Positions 1-13,440 of a DNA stretch of 64,000 nt are shown here, one piece after another (within the stretch, counting starts at the first letter, position 1; every line of letters starts with the position of its first letter). Source of the stretch: Vicugna vicugna (lineage: Eukaryota); assembly GCA_013265495.1 (NCBI GenBank), contig MU058366.1, positions 1 to 64,000 of the forward strand. The letters run 5' to 3'. The notes beneath the pieces were generated by a model. That model did not search any database, was not told where the DNA came from, and saw nothing but the letters and a program-made list of their open reading frames with translations. A program made the translations under genes and the position numbers.

Positions 1-367
1 AGGGGCACAAGCTCGGGGACCTACAGATGGTTTCACCCTGATGTGTACCTGCTTGCATTTTCCCAGCTTCACCACAGCATTTCCGTGGTTTTGGTGGGTG
101 GAGGGCAAGCTATACCTCACAAAAAAGGTCTTACAGCCTTACATCCACCCTTTCACTCTAAAGCACCTTGCTGCATTGTACATTTTCAGTCGTTCTAACC
201 AGTGCTCTGCTAACCTGGGTTGACAGCATTTCCACAGATTTATAGCTGTCAGTGAATTGTCTGAAAGCAAATCAGATGAAAAAGAATGTTTCCAACCAAC
301 ATTGTTCAAGTAATGACAATGTCTGTGCTTCCTTGGATGGTTTTATAGCTGTTTAAGCACACAAATT

Positions 368-873
368 ATTTTTGCCTTTTATAAAGCCTTTATTATGGTA
401 TAATTCCTGTACAGTAAACTACACTTATTTCAGATGTACAATTGGATGAATTTTGATAGATGTCTACACCCATGAAACAACCAGCACAATCAAGATAGCT
501 AACATTTCCATCACTCCCCAAGCGGTGCAATGTTCAAATTCCCAATTTATCCCTTCCCACCCTCTTTACCCCCTGGTAACCATAAGTCTGTTCTCTATGT
601 TTGTGAGTCTCTTTCTGTTTTGTGCGTAAGTTCATCTGCGTCCTTTTTTTTAGATCAATATGTAAGCGATCTCATATGGTATTTTTCTTTCTCTTTCTGG
701 CTTACTTCACTTAGAATGACGATCTCCAGGTCCATCCATGTTGCTGCAAATGGCATTATTTCATTCTTTTTATGGCTGAGTAGTATTCCATTCTATATAC
801 ACCACATCTTCTTTATCCGTTCATCTGTCAATGGACATTTAGGTTGTTTCCATGTTTTAGCTATTGTAAATAG
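368..873 (-). mobile_element. Composite L1-derived insertion (145-nt tail unit plus an L1 ORF2-end/3'UTR fragment)
   Basis: Antisense L1 3' motifs (tccatccatgttgctgcaaatggc, gtcaatggacatttaggttg); degenerate direct repeats ttaagcacacaaatt (353-367) and ttaagcaaacaaact (874-888). Confidence 0.7.
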
Positions 874-989
874 TTAAGCAAACAAACTTTTAAAAAAGAG
901 ATTTTCTGCTTTTTTCTTGTGTGTGAGATTGTGTGTGTGCACGCACATGCACAGAAAGTTTATTGCAGGAGTTTATTGGGGTTTACTGA

Positions 990-1320
990 GGCTCACCAAA
1001 CCAAACTTGGGTCCTCTCACTTGATGCATAGCAAAGCCAATCTATTGACTCCAGGTTGTGGTCAAGAAAAGAGTGGTGTTTATTGGAAGGTGCCCAACAT
1101 GGCAGCAAACAGGGAGAATGGGCAGCTCATGCTCAAAACACTCAAACTTCCCAATGGCTTTCAGGGAAAGGTTTTTTGTTTTCGTGTTTTACTTTGTTTC
1201 TTTTTAGGATTTTCAGGGAAAGGTCTTTTGTTTGTTTATTTGTTTGTTTGTTTTTTTTAGGATTTTCAGGGAAAGGGTTTTAAAGGCAAAGTGAGGAAGA
1301 GGGCCCCGGCATGCATGGTC
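990..1320. mobile_element. ERV1-type LTR fragment
   Basis: Resembles a cetartiodactyl ERV1 LTR as I recall it (aaccaaacttgggtcc...gggagaatgggcagctcatgctcaaaa...tttcagggaa); boundaries approximate. Confidence 0.55.
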
Positions 1321-1344
1321 AAGGTTCAGATGTCATCGTCACTT

Positions 1345-3050
1345 ACTCATTCTCTGATGCTTTTCCTTTCTTTATGTAGATCTGACTTATATACATTTTC
1401 TTCTTTCTGAAGATTTTATTTTACTATTTCTTGCAAGGCAGGTCTACTGGCAACAAATTCCCCTAATTTTTGTTTGTGTGAGAAAGTCTTTATTTCTCCT
1501 TCACTAATGAAGCGTAATTTCACAGGGTACAGAATTCTATGTTGATTGGGTTTTTTTTCTGTTAACACGTTAAATATGTCACTCTACTCTCTTTTCACTT
1601 GCATGGTTTCTGAAGAGAAGTTGGTTGTAATTCTTTTTGCTCCTCTTTAGGTATTTTTTTCCTGTGATTTCTTTCAATAATTTTTCTTTATCTTTGGTTT
1701 CTTAAAGTTTGAACATGATATGCGTAGGAATAGTTTTTGAGCACATTTCCTGTTTTGTATTCTCTGGGCTCTCTGGATCTGTGGTTTGGTGTCTGACATT
1801 AACTTGGGTAAATTCTCAGTTATTATCGCTTTAAATATTGCTTCTCTTTATTCTTCTTCTTCTTGTATTCCCATTATGTGTATCTTATACCTTTGTAGTT
1901 GTCCCACAATTCTTGCATATTCTATTCTGTTTTTGTTCAGTCTCTTTTTTTCTTTTTACTTTTCAGTGTCGAAAGTTTCTGTTGTCTTAATCTCAGTCTC
2001 AGAGACTTTTTTCCTTAACCATATCCAGCCTATCAAAGGAACTCTTCATTTCCATTACAGTGTTTTTGACCTCTAGAATTTCTTCTTGACTTTTTCCTTA
2101 GAATTTCCATCTTTCTGCTTACATTATTCATCTGCTCTTGCATGTTGTCTACTTTTTACATTAAGGTCTTTATCATATTAATCATAATTTTTTTTAATTT
2201 TCTGGTCTAATACTTCCAACATTCTTGTCATAGCTGACTCCAGTTCTGCTACTCGTTCAGTCTCTATGAACTGTGGGGCTTTTTTGCCTTTTAGCATGCC
2301 TTGTAAGTTTTTGTTGAATGGTGGATATGCTACACTGGGTAAAAGGAACTGTGATAAATTAGGACTTTAGTAATATGGTGGTGAGGAGTGGGAAAGCCTT
2401 CTCTAGGTCTATGGTAGGTCTCAGTCTTTTAGTGATCCTGTGCCTCTGGACTATGAACTTTACCACTGCTTCTCAGTCTCCCCCACTTAAGTGACACAGC
2501 ATGGCTAGTGGGGGCTGGAGTTGGGTATTTCACTTCCCCCAGGTAAGTTAGGCTGTAATTAAAATCCCAGAATGATAGGCTGTGGTAAAATTATTTCTCA
2601 TTAGGGCAGAATACTAGGGCATATTTTAAAATGGCTACCTCCCCCTCCCCTACTGGGAACACAAGGAGGTTTTTTTCTCTGATATTCACTGTGAAGACCT
2701 AACTCACAAAAATCTGGGGGGTTTTCATAACAGGGTCCCCCTGAAGTTCTTAACTCTCAGACATCTACACAACAAGCCTCCAGCAATTCATCAATTACAA
2801 TTCAGATGTTCCTGCTCCAGCACTGGATCCCACCGGCATTTCTGCTTGCTGCTTTCTGTTCTACTAAGTTGTGATTCTCTGCATTCCCCTGTCTGTCTCT
2901 ACAATGCGAGGGGCAGCAGTTTTCCCTGTGACTTCATTTCTCTAAGAATCTAAGATTTTTTGATTTTTCACTTTGTTCAGCTTTTTACTTGTTGTTAGGA
3001 TAGAATGGTGATTTCTAAGATCCTTACATGCTGGATTGGAAAGCAAAAGT
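1345..3050 (-). mobile_element. Old L1 5' region (ORF1/5'UTR), degraded
   Basis: T-rich antisense L1 ORF1-like sequence (gagaaagtctttatttctccttca, gggtaaattctcagttattat); boundaries approximate. Confidence 0.6.
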
Positions 3051-3117
3051 CTAATTGTCTGCTTTTTGTTATGTTGCTTTTAAAGAAAAATTAAAATTTT
3101 CCTAACATCGATTGTCC

Positions 3118-5370
3118 TCAAACTTTTCCAAAGAGTTGGACAGAAGAGATCACTCCCTAACTCACTCTAAGGCCAGCATTATCCTGATACCAAAGCCAGA
3201 CAAAGACACTATAATAAAACTACAGAACAATATCCCTTATGAACATTGATGCAAAAATTTTCAACAAAATACTGGCAAACTGAATTCAGCAGTATAGGAA
3301 AAGAATTGCACATCATGACCAAGTGGAATTTACTCCTGGAATGCAAGATTGGTTCAACATATCAAAATCAATCAATATAATGCATAACATTAATAGAATA
3401 AAGGGAAGATATCCAAATTATAAAGGAGGAAGCAAAATAATATCTGTTCATAGATAATATGATCTCATATGTAAAAAACAATAAAAAAATTCCACCCAAA
3501 AAAACCGTTAGGACCAATAAATTTAGGAAAGTAGCAGGATACAAGTCAACACACAAAAATTTCTACATGCAAACAATGAACAATCTAAAAAGGAAACTAA
3601 GAAGACAATTCTATTTACAGTAACATCAAAAAGAACAAAATACTTAGGAATTGACCAGGAGGTGAAAGAATTTTACAATGAAAACTTAAAAATTTTTCTG
3701 AAAAAAATTTAAGACATAAATAAATGGAAACACATCTCATGTTCATGGATTGGAATGGTTAATATTGTTAAGATGTCAATACTATCCAAGTAATTGAATG
3801 CAATCCCTATCAAAATGTCTATGTTGCGTTTTGCAGAAACAGAAAACCATCCTAAAATTCATATGTACTCTCAAGGGACCCTGAATAGCTAACATATTCC
3901 TAAAAAAGAAAAAAGTGAGAAGACTCACATTTCTTGATTTCAGCACTCACTATAAAGCCATCAAAATAATGTGGCAGTGGAATAAACAGATAATGTAGAC
4001 CAATGAAATAGAATATGAAGTCCAGAAATAAACCCTTGCGTTTATGGTCAAATGATATTACACAAGGGTTCCAAGACCAGTCAATGAGGAAAGACAGTCT
4101 TCTCAACAACCATTCTGGGAAAACTATGCAAAAGAATGAAATTGGACCTTTACCTAATACCATACGTAAAAGTTAACTCCAAATTTATCAAAGGCCTAAA
4201 CAGAAAAGCTAAAACCATAAAACTCTTAGATGAAAATATAGGGCAAAACTTCATGGCATTGAATTTGGCAGTGACGTCTTGGATATGACACCAAAGACAC
4301 AAGCAACAAAAGAAAAACAGACAAATTAGACTTGCTGAAAAGTTAAAAATTTTCTGCATCACAAGACACTACCATCAGAGTTAAAAAAAGGAACTCACAG
4401 AATGGGAGAAAATATTTGCAAATCGTATATCTGACAAGGGATCAATATTTGGAATATATAGAGAATTTGTTAAAACACAACAACATGAAAGCAAACAACC
4501 CAATTCAAAAGTGAGCAAAGGACTTGAACAGACATTTGTCCAAAGAAGATATACAAATGGCCAATAAACACATGAAAGGATGTTCAACATAACTAATCAT
4601 TAGGGAAATGCAAATCAAAACTACAAAGATATAGCACCTGTCACCTATTAGGACAGCTATTATACAACAAACAAACAAAAAACAGAAAGTAAGTGTTTGT
4701 GACAACGTGGAGCAATTGGAACACTTGTGCGCTCTTGTAGGGAATGTAAAATGGTGTAGCTACTGTGGAAAACAATATGGTGGTTCCTCAAAAAAAATTA
4801 AAAATGTCTATATGACCATCAATTCTACTTCTGGGTATGTACTCAAAATAATTGAAAGCAGGGTCTTGAGACATTTGTGCACCCACTATTCATAGCAGCA
4901 TTATTCTCAATAACTAAAACATAGAAGCAACCCATGTACCCATCGATGGATGAATGAATAAACAAAATGTGGTGAATACATACAATGGAATATTATTTAA
5001 GCTTAAAGGGGAAGAGAATTATGACATTTGCTACAAACTGGATGAACACTGAGGACTTCATGCTAAGTGAAAAAAACCTGTCACAAAAAGATGAATACTG
5101 TGTGGTTCCACTTATGTGAGGTAGTTACAGTAGTCAAATTTATAGAGACAGAAAATAGAATGGTGGTTTCAGGGCCTGGGGGAGTAGGGAGTTATTGTTT
5201 AGTTAATAGAGTTTCAGTTTTACAAGATGAGTTCTGGAGATGTATAGTGGTGATGGTTGTACTTATATTAATGTACTTAGTACCACTAGACTGTACACTT
5301 AAAATGCTTAAGATATTACATTTTATATTTTGTGTGTTTTACTATAACATAAAAATTGGGAAAAAATTAA
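3118..5370 (+). mobile_element. Old L1 ORF2 (RT to C-terminus) and 3'UTR, degraded
   Basis: ORF2 motifs (ctgataccaaagccagacaaagac, gaatgcaagattggttcaacat, aatgcaaatcaaaactacaa) with stops and deletions. Confidence 0.85.
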
Positions 5371-6431
5371 ATTCCTGTAGGTCAGTAATTTTCTAATTTA
5401 GTAATCTTCACCATTTTTAGATTGCATCTTCCTTCTCTAACTCAACATTCCCACTAAAGCCTTTATAAGAAAAAACAAGATTTCTTATGGGAATAAACAA
5501 TTCTCTTATGTGGCTGCTCCTGAAAGGAACACTGAATTTTTTGTTATTTCAGCATAAGATTGAGAAAGGAATAAGTAGCAACAAACACGAGATGCCTTGT
5601 TATTTATTTCATATCGTGGCAATTCAGATATGACGTGGCTATCGCTCCAAGCCTGCCAATACCTACAGTCAGATGCTGCCTCTCCTCTCCTCGCGTTATT
5701 TGTAACAAGACAGTGTGTGTCCTACTGGCTGATGTTCAGGGTTCCTTCTTCAGTGGTCCCTCATATGAAGCATATTCACCGTTTATTTGTGCCATTTGCC
5801 AAAAGCCCCTCAGGGTCAACAAAACATAAGAAACAACACCCACTCCACATCTATTTATGTATCTTTAAAAACCTCTTTTTTCCGTATTTATTTGTAACAT
5901 ACGTTTTGCACACAGTGCCATGAAATATATGGTTTATAACTGAATGCATATACATTTCTGGGGGGTGAGTGCTCAAACTGTTCACCAATTGAGGTTTGGA
6001 GAACAGGCTCTATGTGTGAAAACTTTCTTCCGTGCCTTGTGCCTATACTTCCTTGGCTTGTTAAAACAATACCAATTGGCAAAATATGATGAGACATAAG
6101 AGCTAAATGTCCAGAGCATAAGCCAGAAACAGAGGCTTTCCTTGGCATATAGAAAACTGCAAAATTACTCCATGGGGTTCAAAAACAATTAGGGATATTC
6201 CTGGTATCCCTAAGAAGGGACATACTGACAAAATCTGAATACTAGGTACTTAGATGAATGTTATAGCCTTTTTTACAGATAAAATTGAAGGATGCTGTAG
6301 TTATTATTTTGGCAAAGGATTTTTTTTGTTGGTAGTTTATGAGTATCTATTTTACAATTTCTCTTATCATATGGAACCTAATGTATCAGATGAGTTTCAA
6401 AAACTGTTGTGATTTGATAAATGTTAGGGAT

Positions 6432-6703
6432 TGTCTTAGTCTGTTTGGGCTGCTGTAACAAAATACCATAGACTTGGTGTCTTATACACAACAGACATCT
6501 TTTTTTCATAGTTCTAGAGGCTGGAAGTCCAAGATCAGGGTGCCAGCTGATTTGGTGTGTGATAAGGCCTCTTCCTGGTTCATAGATGGCTGCTTTTCCT
6601 TGTAACTTCACTTGGTGGAAGAAGTGAGAGATCTCTCTAGAGTCTCTTTTATGAGGGCACTAATCCCATTCATGAGGGCTTGGCACACATTCAGTCTATA
6701 GCA
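6432..6703. mobile_element. MaLR (MLT1A-like) solo LTR with internal deletion
   Basis: TG...CA termini, perfect 5-bp TSD GGGAT (6427-6431, 6704-6708), MLT1 motifs (ggctggaagtccaagatcagggtgccag). Confidence 0.85.
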
Positions 6704-6841
6704 GGGATTTATACATAACTTCAAATTTGGCTTATTAACTATAGAGGAGAGTGGGAGGGAAGCATTACCTCCAGCTGTTTTTCAAAGTGGGCTCAAAAAG
6801 TGTCAACCAAAATGAATGAGTTTTTCCCTTTCTTCACACAG

Positions 6842-6963
6842 GTTTCCTCCTAAGGTGCCAAGATCTTTTCCATTCAACACCTCAGTTATGTACAAAAAGA
6901 CTGTGTTTGTAGAGTTCACGGATCAACTTTTCAACATCGCCAAGCCCAGGCCACCATGGATGG
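6842..6963 (+). CDS. F8: Factor VIII exon 2 (A1)
   Basis: cacag|GTTTCCT...GGATGG|gtaatg; 122 nt; FPPKVPRSFPFNTSVMYKKTVFVEFTDQLFNIAKPRPPWM. Confidence 0.97.
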
Positions 6964-7404
6964 GTAATGTAAATAATATTAACTCTTCATTATGAAATTG
7001 GGTATCTTATTTCCTTGCAAGGATTCCCCAGTCTTGGGGCTGCAGTTAAAGAGGGCAGCAACCAAAGAGAATGTTCTCTTGGTAATAAGGCTTCCCTTAT
7101 CACTGGCTCTCAGGGAAATACACTAGCTGAATGGTCTCCATCTGTTTGCTGGGCCCTCCTCCTCTGCTTGTTCTCTAGATGTTAGAGTGCTCTTTGTCAT
7201 GGAACTGGGTTTGTTTTATTTTCTTTCTGCTTTTAATCCCTAGCTGATCTTATCCAGTCTCATAGTTTTAAAATATCATATATAATAACTCCAAAGTTGA
7301 TATCTTCAGTTCAGACTGCTTATTTGATACCTCCACTTAGATGTCAAATAAGCATGTAACAAGATGTTAAGCTGAGACATTTCCTACCTTAGAATTATTG
7401 CTGA

Positions 7405-8040
7405 AATCCCACTCCTGGGCATATATCCAGAGGAAACTCTAGTTCAAAAACATACATGCACCCCAATGTTCACAGAAGCACTTTTTACAATAGCCAAGGC
7501 ATGGACACAACCTAAATGTCCATCAACAGACAAACGGATTAAAAAAAATATGATATATATGTATATGTATACATATGTGTATGTGTGCATATATATAATG
7601 GAGTATTAGTCGGCCATAAAGAGAGTTGGAACAATCTCATTGGCAGCAACATGGATGGACTGAGAGATTATCATACTAAGATACTAAGTAAGTCAAGCAG
7701 AGAAAGGCAAATATCATATGATATCACTTACATGTGGAATCTAAAATATGATAGAAAAGAACTTATTTACAAAACAGAGACATATACATAGACATAGAAA
7801 ACAAACTTGTTGTTACCAAGGGAGAAAGGGAGAGGGAGCGATAAATTAGCAAATACACACTACTATGTAGAGAATAAACAGCAAGGTCCTACTGTGTAGC
7901 ACAAGGAACTATATTCAGTGGCTTGAAGTAACCTGTAATGAAAAAGAATATGTATGACTGAGTCACTATGCTGTATACCAGAAACTAATACAACACTGTA
8001 AAGCAACTACACTTCAATTTTTTTAAACAGGGGAAAAAGT
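7405..8040 (+). mobile_element. 5'-truncated L1 3' end
   Basis: L1 ORF2-end/3'UTR motifs; 12-bp TSD aattattgctga (7393-7404) and aattactgctga (8041-8052). Confidence 0.85.
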
Positions 8041-8132
8041 AATTACTGCTGACAATTATAGGTGACAAGTATCCTCAAATTCTAAAGAGAGATATGATTC
8101 TGCAACCCTTACCCCGTCTTGCACCTCTAGCC

Positions 8133-9014
8133 TGTATAAATGGAGAACCATTTAGAAGACCTGACACTTGAGTTTGGGAGATGCTGACTAGTGCATGATT
8201 TTTATAGGAAAAAGTGCATGGAAAAACTTTCAAGACCAGAGTCTTGTGGCGCTTCCCCTGATGGCATAGTAAGGAGAGTGGGCCATAGCAGAAGCTAACT
8301 GCACTGCCACTGTTAGGTATGGGACCAGAAAGGTCACAGGACAAGAGTTGCCTCAAGAAGACTCTGCCTGAGAGGTCTTCCTGCCAGGGCAAGGTGACCC
8401 CAACAGAAAAGATCTATGTGATTGTACTCTCAGAAGCAGAAACTGAGAGGAGAGATAAAAGTGACAGCTGGAGAGGACATGTCCCATGTCAGGGAAAGGG
8501 GAGTAGAATGTCCCCATATTAGGAGGGAGAGAGTCTCTAAATAACTCATCTAAGTTCCCTAAGAAAGAAAGATCTAGAACTTCGGCATGTGCCACTTCCA
8601 AAGGGTACCAAAGCCTCGTAATCACTGAAAGATCAAGAAGGCTTTGTCATCATGCCCCTTTTTGCGTCACTGTCCTTTTCTCACTAGTGCCAAGCTTAGA
8701 GTGCCCAGAGGCAGTAAGGCGAGCAGGGGAAGAGGCTTAGGCGAGGAGGCTGAGAAAGCAGTGGAGCCGCCAACCAAACTACCTTTTCCCATTACAGGTT
8801 TCTGAGTCTGTCAGAACTGAGCTGGGGTGGGGGGACCCTTAAATTGAAGGAGACATAAAAAGTTTGATATTAGATCAGACTGAATTTATTAGTACCTTAA
8901 AATGAAACTGTTAATATGTGAAGGTTACTGGAAAAAAAATTGGATTGTTCAAAGTGCAAGAAAGACAAATTCTGCATATGATTAAAACCTGTGAAAAAAT
9001 AAACCTATTTCACA
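8133..9014 (+). mobile_element. Possible ancient LTR remnant
   Basis: TG...CA ends with AATAAA near the 3' end; no TSD; family not identified. Confidence 0.25.
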
Positions 9015-9374
9015 TTTTCATCCCATTGAGTCCAGTCAATTCAATAAACCATTCGTAGGCATCTTATACTTAGTGTGCGTATAAGTCAGAAGTCTTGATT
9101 TTCCTGTTAATTTTCTGTGCCATGGCCTGACTATCGCCCAGTTGCACAGACCAAAATCACAGGACTATAGTAAAGAAAGTATCCCTGGCTTTTCATTGGC
9201 TGAGTCCTTGCCAGGAAAGGAGTCTTTCTTCCTACTGGGCTTGGCTATCATCACAGGATGTGAGAACGCCCCCTTCTGGTCTCCCAACTCTAGTTAATTC
9301 AAGTTTCTGGTTTTTATTATTTTTTTTATAGACCCTTCCTCCAAGGCAAGTACCAAGTCTGCTTTCTTCTTTTA

Positions 9375-9572
9375 TTCTTTTTAACATTTTTTATTGCGTT
9401 ATAGTCAGTTTACAATGTTTTGTCAAATTCCAGTGTAGGGCACAATTTTTCAGTTATACATGAACATGCATATATTCATTGTCAAACATTTTTTTCGATA
9501 TGAGCTACCACAAGATCTTGTATTTCCCTGTGCTACACAGTATAATCTTGTTTATCTATTCTACATATGCCT
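9375..9572 (-). mobile_element. 5'-truncated young L1 3' end
   Basis: Same tail family as 26261-26747; 18-bp TSD with 1 mismatch (9357-9374, 9573-9590). Confidence 0.85.
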
Positions 9573-10212
9573 GTCTTCTTTCTTCTTTTAAATTCCAAAT
9601 TCGTCCAAACTGCTGTAGCCCATAAAATCCTGCGTGTTATTTTCCCTGCCTGCCTCTTTAACCTTATTTATTCACTTTGCTGCAACCGCATGTTACTCAA
9701 CTTGGCCAAGCTTATTCTCGTCTGAGGACTTTTGCATTTATTTTATCTGATTTGAGTGCTCTTCCACCAGATCTTTGAAAGTTTTGCTGGAGTTTGCTGC
9801 ATCACCATTTTCTAGCACACTGCCTTCATTTATAGCATTTATAACAACCTAAAATTTTCTTGTTTATTTACTTACATGATTAATGTCCCTAGAACATGAT
9901 CTCCATAATTTATCTTTTTAATTACTGCATCTCCAGTGCCCAGGATAGTTCCAAGAATATAGTAGGAACTCAATTACAAGTTGAATGAATAAATGCATTG
10001 AGTGAATTGCCAGAAACCTGTCCTCAGAACAACCATGAGGCTGAGCTGGTGACAGGAGTAAGGGCATTCATTCATTCATTCAGCTACTGCTTTTTATCAA
10101 TAGTCACAGGGTCATACTTCTCTACTGTGACTTTCACTATCACTTTTGTAATAACAGCTTTTCTGGAGTGCCACCCTCCAAATAACCTTTGGGGGGCATC
10201 TCATCCTTGCAG

Positions 10213-10335
10213 GTCTGCTAGGTCCTACCATCCAGGCTGAAGTTTATGACACAGTGGTCATTACACTTAAGAACATGGCTTCTCATCCTGTTAGTCTCCA
10301 TGCTGTTGGCATATCCTACTGGAAATCTTCTGAAG
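10213..10335 (+). CDS. F8: Factor VIII exon 3 (A1)
   Basis: tgcag|GTCTGCTA...TGAAG|gtgagt; 123 nt; [40 protein letters not shown]. Confidence 0.97.
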
Positions 10336-13018
10336 GTGAGTAAAACACCCTCCTGTTGCCCTGTCACCTAGGGACAGAAGAGGACTGAGTACAAGGTCAT
10401 ACAGCCAGTGAATGGTGGGGTCAGGATTCCACCCTAGGCCCAACACATGAAGACAAAAAACAGTGTCATTTTAGATTTTTTAGATTCAGATTTTCCAGAT
10501 ATTTCTTCTGCCTCTCCTTACCCCAATTTCTAAATATGGATGCCACCATGTTATTGGAGCCAACTAGCAGAACCAACAGGGAAGAAGGGGCGACGCTGGG
10601 GACCTCAGCCTGAGACACATGACAGCGCCAGCTGCCCGCACACACACTGTCCACGCTTCCTCCGCTCTGCCGATGGATGCCTGCTCCTGAAAGCTTCCTG
10701 ATCACAGAAAGATAGCCCCTGCCCACTGTGGCCATACAGCAGAGGTGGGCAGTGGGGGAAGCAGATATAAGGCCACAGACAGACGAGGGACACAACCAGA
10801 TTAGAGCTAGGGGTGGACAGTGGAGACCAAAGAGATTCTCACAGTCCCTGGGCCACAGGGTCTTTGTATAAGCTACCCAGCAGTCTTACTGAGATAGCTA
10901 ACAACTTCAAAATACCTGGTTGCTCATTTTCACAATGCCCTGGTGTGGTGCTTTTAACACACGGTAGCAGGTGCTTTGATATTCCTCCCATCAAAATCTG
11001 TACTCTATAATTCTTCCCCTTTAATCTGTGTGGGTTGATAACTGCTGTGATACACATACAATCGTGTGTGATTTCTGAGACTGAGTCATGAAACCTTCAG
11101 CCCAGCTATTAGATATGTGATTTAAAAAGCCTCCAGATGATTCTAGCCCTCAGCTAGCCATCATGGGGCATAGAAGGCAACCTATCTGTGCCCTATCTGA
11201 ATGCCTGATCTACAGAATCAATAAGCATAATAAAATTGTGATTGTTTTACACCAGTGTATTTGAGCCCGTTTGTTAGCCAGTCTTCTCAACTGGAAGCTC
11301 TATGATTTCTTCACCAACTTTTCTCTTTTCATTGGGTATCTCAAGCTCAAAAGCACTTGAGAAAGCTTTGACTGGCTCAAGGGATAACTACAAAATGACT
11401 GCCTTTTAGGAGTGGGCTTTGTTGATTCTGTACACTCGTTAGGATATCTTCCATGCAAAAGGCGCACTGGAAGCAGACAGGCAGACTCCTTGAACTCTCA
11501 GATTGTTCCCACAATGTTGTTCCTCATATAAGATGAAAATTACACAAAACACATTCTGCTTAGAATATTTGCAGCTGGCTGATATATAAGCTCAGGTAAG
11601 ACTCTGATGGAAAGGAAATACACATTCTGAGTATCATCTCCTATTTTTCCAGCTGTCACTCTCACTGTCCACTCCAACAACTCTTCATTCTCATTGGGAT
11701 CCACTATCCACGGACCCTAAAGTTTTCACCATCTGTCTTGCCTCTTAAGTCTTTACTTCCCTCCTTGCCCAATTTGTATGCCCTGGGCTCACCACAACTT
11801 TGCACAAGTTCCTGGCCTCCTTGATCTCCATTCTATCTGCTTGGCTAAACTACTACCTTGGTTAAATCTCTTCCACACCTATTGTCCTAGCAACCAAGCG
11901 AGTGATCATGGTTGAAGTGAAAATCACACAACCAAGTAGAATTGTATCACTATGTTGATAATGCTACACCTCAAATGGTCCCTCAGCCATCCTACTGGTA
12001 CACTTCTCCCAATCCATTCACCGTCCTTCTCCCCAGCCTTACTGTTACGAAAAGGGGTATTCTTTTCCTAATGAAGTATTTCAAATATAAAAGGTACAGG
12101 AAATAACAGAGCAAACAAACATGTACCCATCACTTCACTTTGCCAAATCTTATCATTTTGCCATCTTTGCTTAATTTATTTGAAAGAATTAAACATTATA
12201 GACACAGTTGCAGCCATTTCCCTATTCAAACGTATTCATGGTTCAGAATTTGATACCAATCCACAATCACACAAGGGCCTGAACCACAGTATCCACCCCT
12301 ATGTGTAACTCCAGGCATTTCTAAATGTCCAGCACGGTGTTCCAAGCACAGGTGTTGATCTGCCATTGCTTCTGGATGGTGCCAAGTGTCCCCAGTGCAC
12401 ACTGGAGGGGGCGCCCCTTTACCAGAGAGGCTGACCTTATAGTGGGGACCACCCACCTGCACTTTCACAGTGGTCTTTGTCTGCTGAGAGTTTGTAATAA
12501 AATATGGGCAGAGTAGGGGCAGTGCAGGGGGTCTCCTGTACTGTTCTGCTGGAGATGTCCCTCTTTTAGACATATAGATGCTGTGGGATAAGATGGGGTA
12601 CAAATAAGGAGCACCCATTCTGCCCTGGAATGCCAGAAACCATTCTAAATCCGACAAGTTAAGGTAAGTTGCTAAAAAAGTGTTTCAGTAGAAGTGTTAA
12701 GGTCAGTGCCTTTAAATATTTTCTACTTCTGTCTACTGAAATGACCTAGAAGCAGTAACATTTCATTAACAATGAACACATAGAGCGTCCAGCTTAGAAT
12801 AAAGGTATCAGGCTAAGCCAGGGGTCAATTTTAACATCACTAAGGATGGGACAGCCAGAAACTATCTACCCCCAACGTGGTCTGCCCTGCCAGAGAAGAA
12901 CCAAGTTTAAAACTTTTTTTAAAAACCCTACATCTCACCCTTCCCTGACCTTTACCAGGTGCTTAGTAAAGAGTCTAAGACAAAATACATAACCAGTGTA
13001 TATCTACTAAGTTGAATT

Positions 13019-13440
13019 TGTTACCACAAAAGGTAAAGACCCCGGTGCTTGTCATAGCCGAAAGACAAGTTTGGAGTCGGGAGATGGCGCGGTGTGTAGT
13101 GAAAGATTTTAAAAGATCTATTTTAAAAAGGAAGCGTACAGCCCCAAGAACGGGAGGTGGGCTGACCCAAGGGAGGAAAAGCGGTGGCTTTTGTTTCCCT
13201 TCTCTTGCACCTGACTTGGAGGTGCTCTCTTGATTGATGGACGCCTCTTGCCCCTGGAGTGCTCAGTAGTGTTTGGCCCCTTTGCACATGTCCTTCCCCA
13301 TGATGCACACAGAAAACCCATGGGCAGCGGGGGCTAAGCCGCAGTGCTAATTATAACACAATGAACATCGATCGTATCCAGTTAATTCCTTTCTGCTACT
13401 GCACAGTCATGGCTGTCGGGTTTTAACCAGATTTGGTCTT
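13019..13440. mobile_element. ERV LTR-like fragment
   Basis: Starts tgttacc, retains more CpG than its flanks, LTR-like layout; family and end uncertain. Confidence 0.35.
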
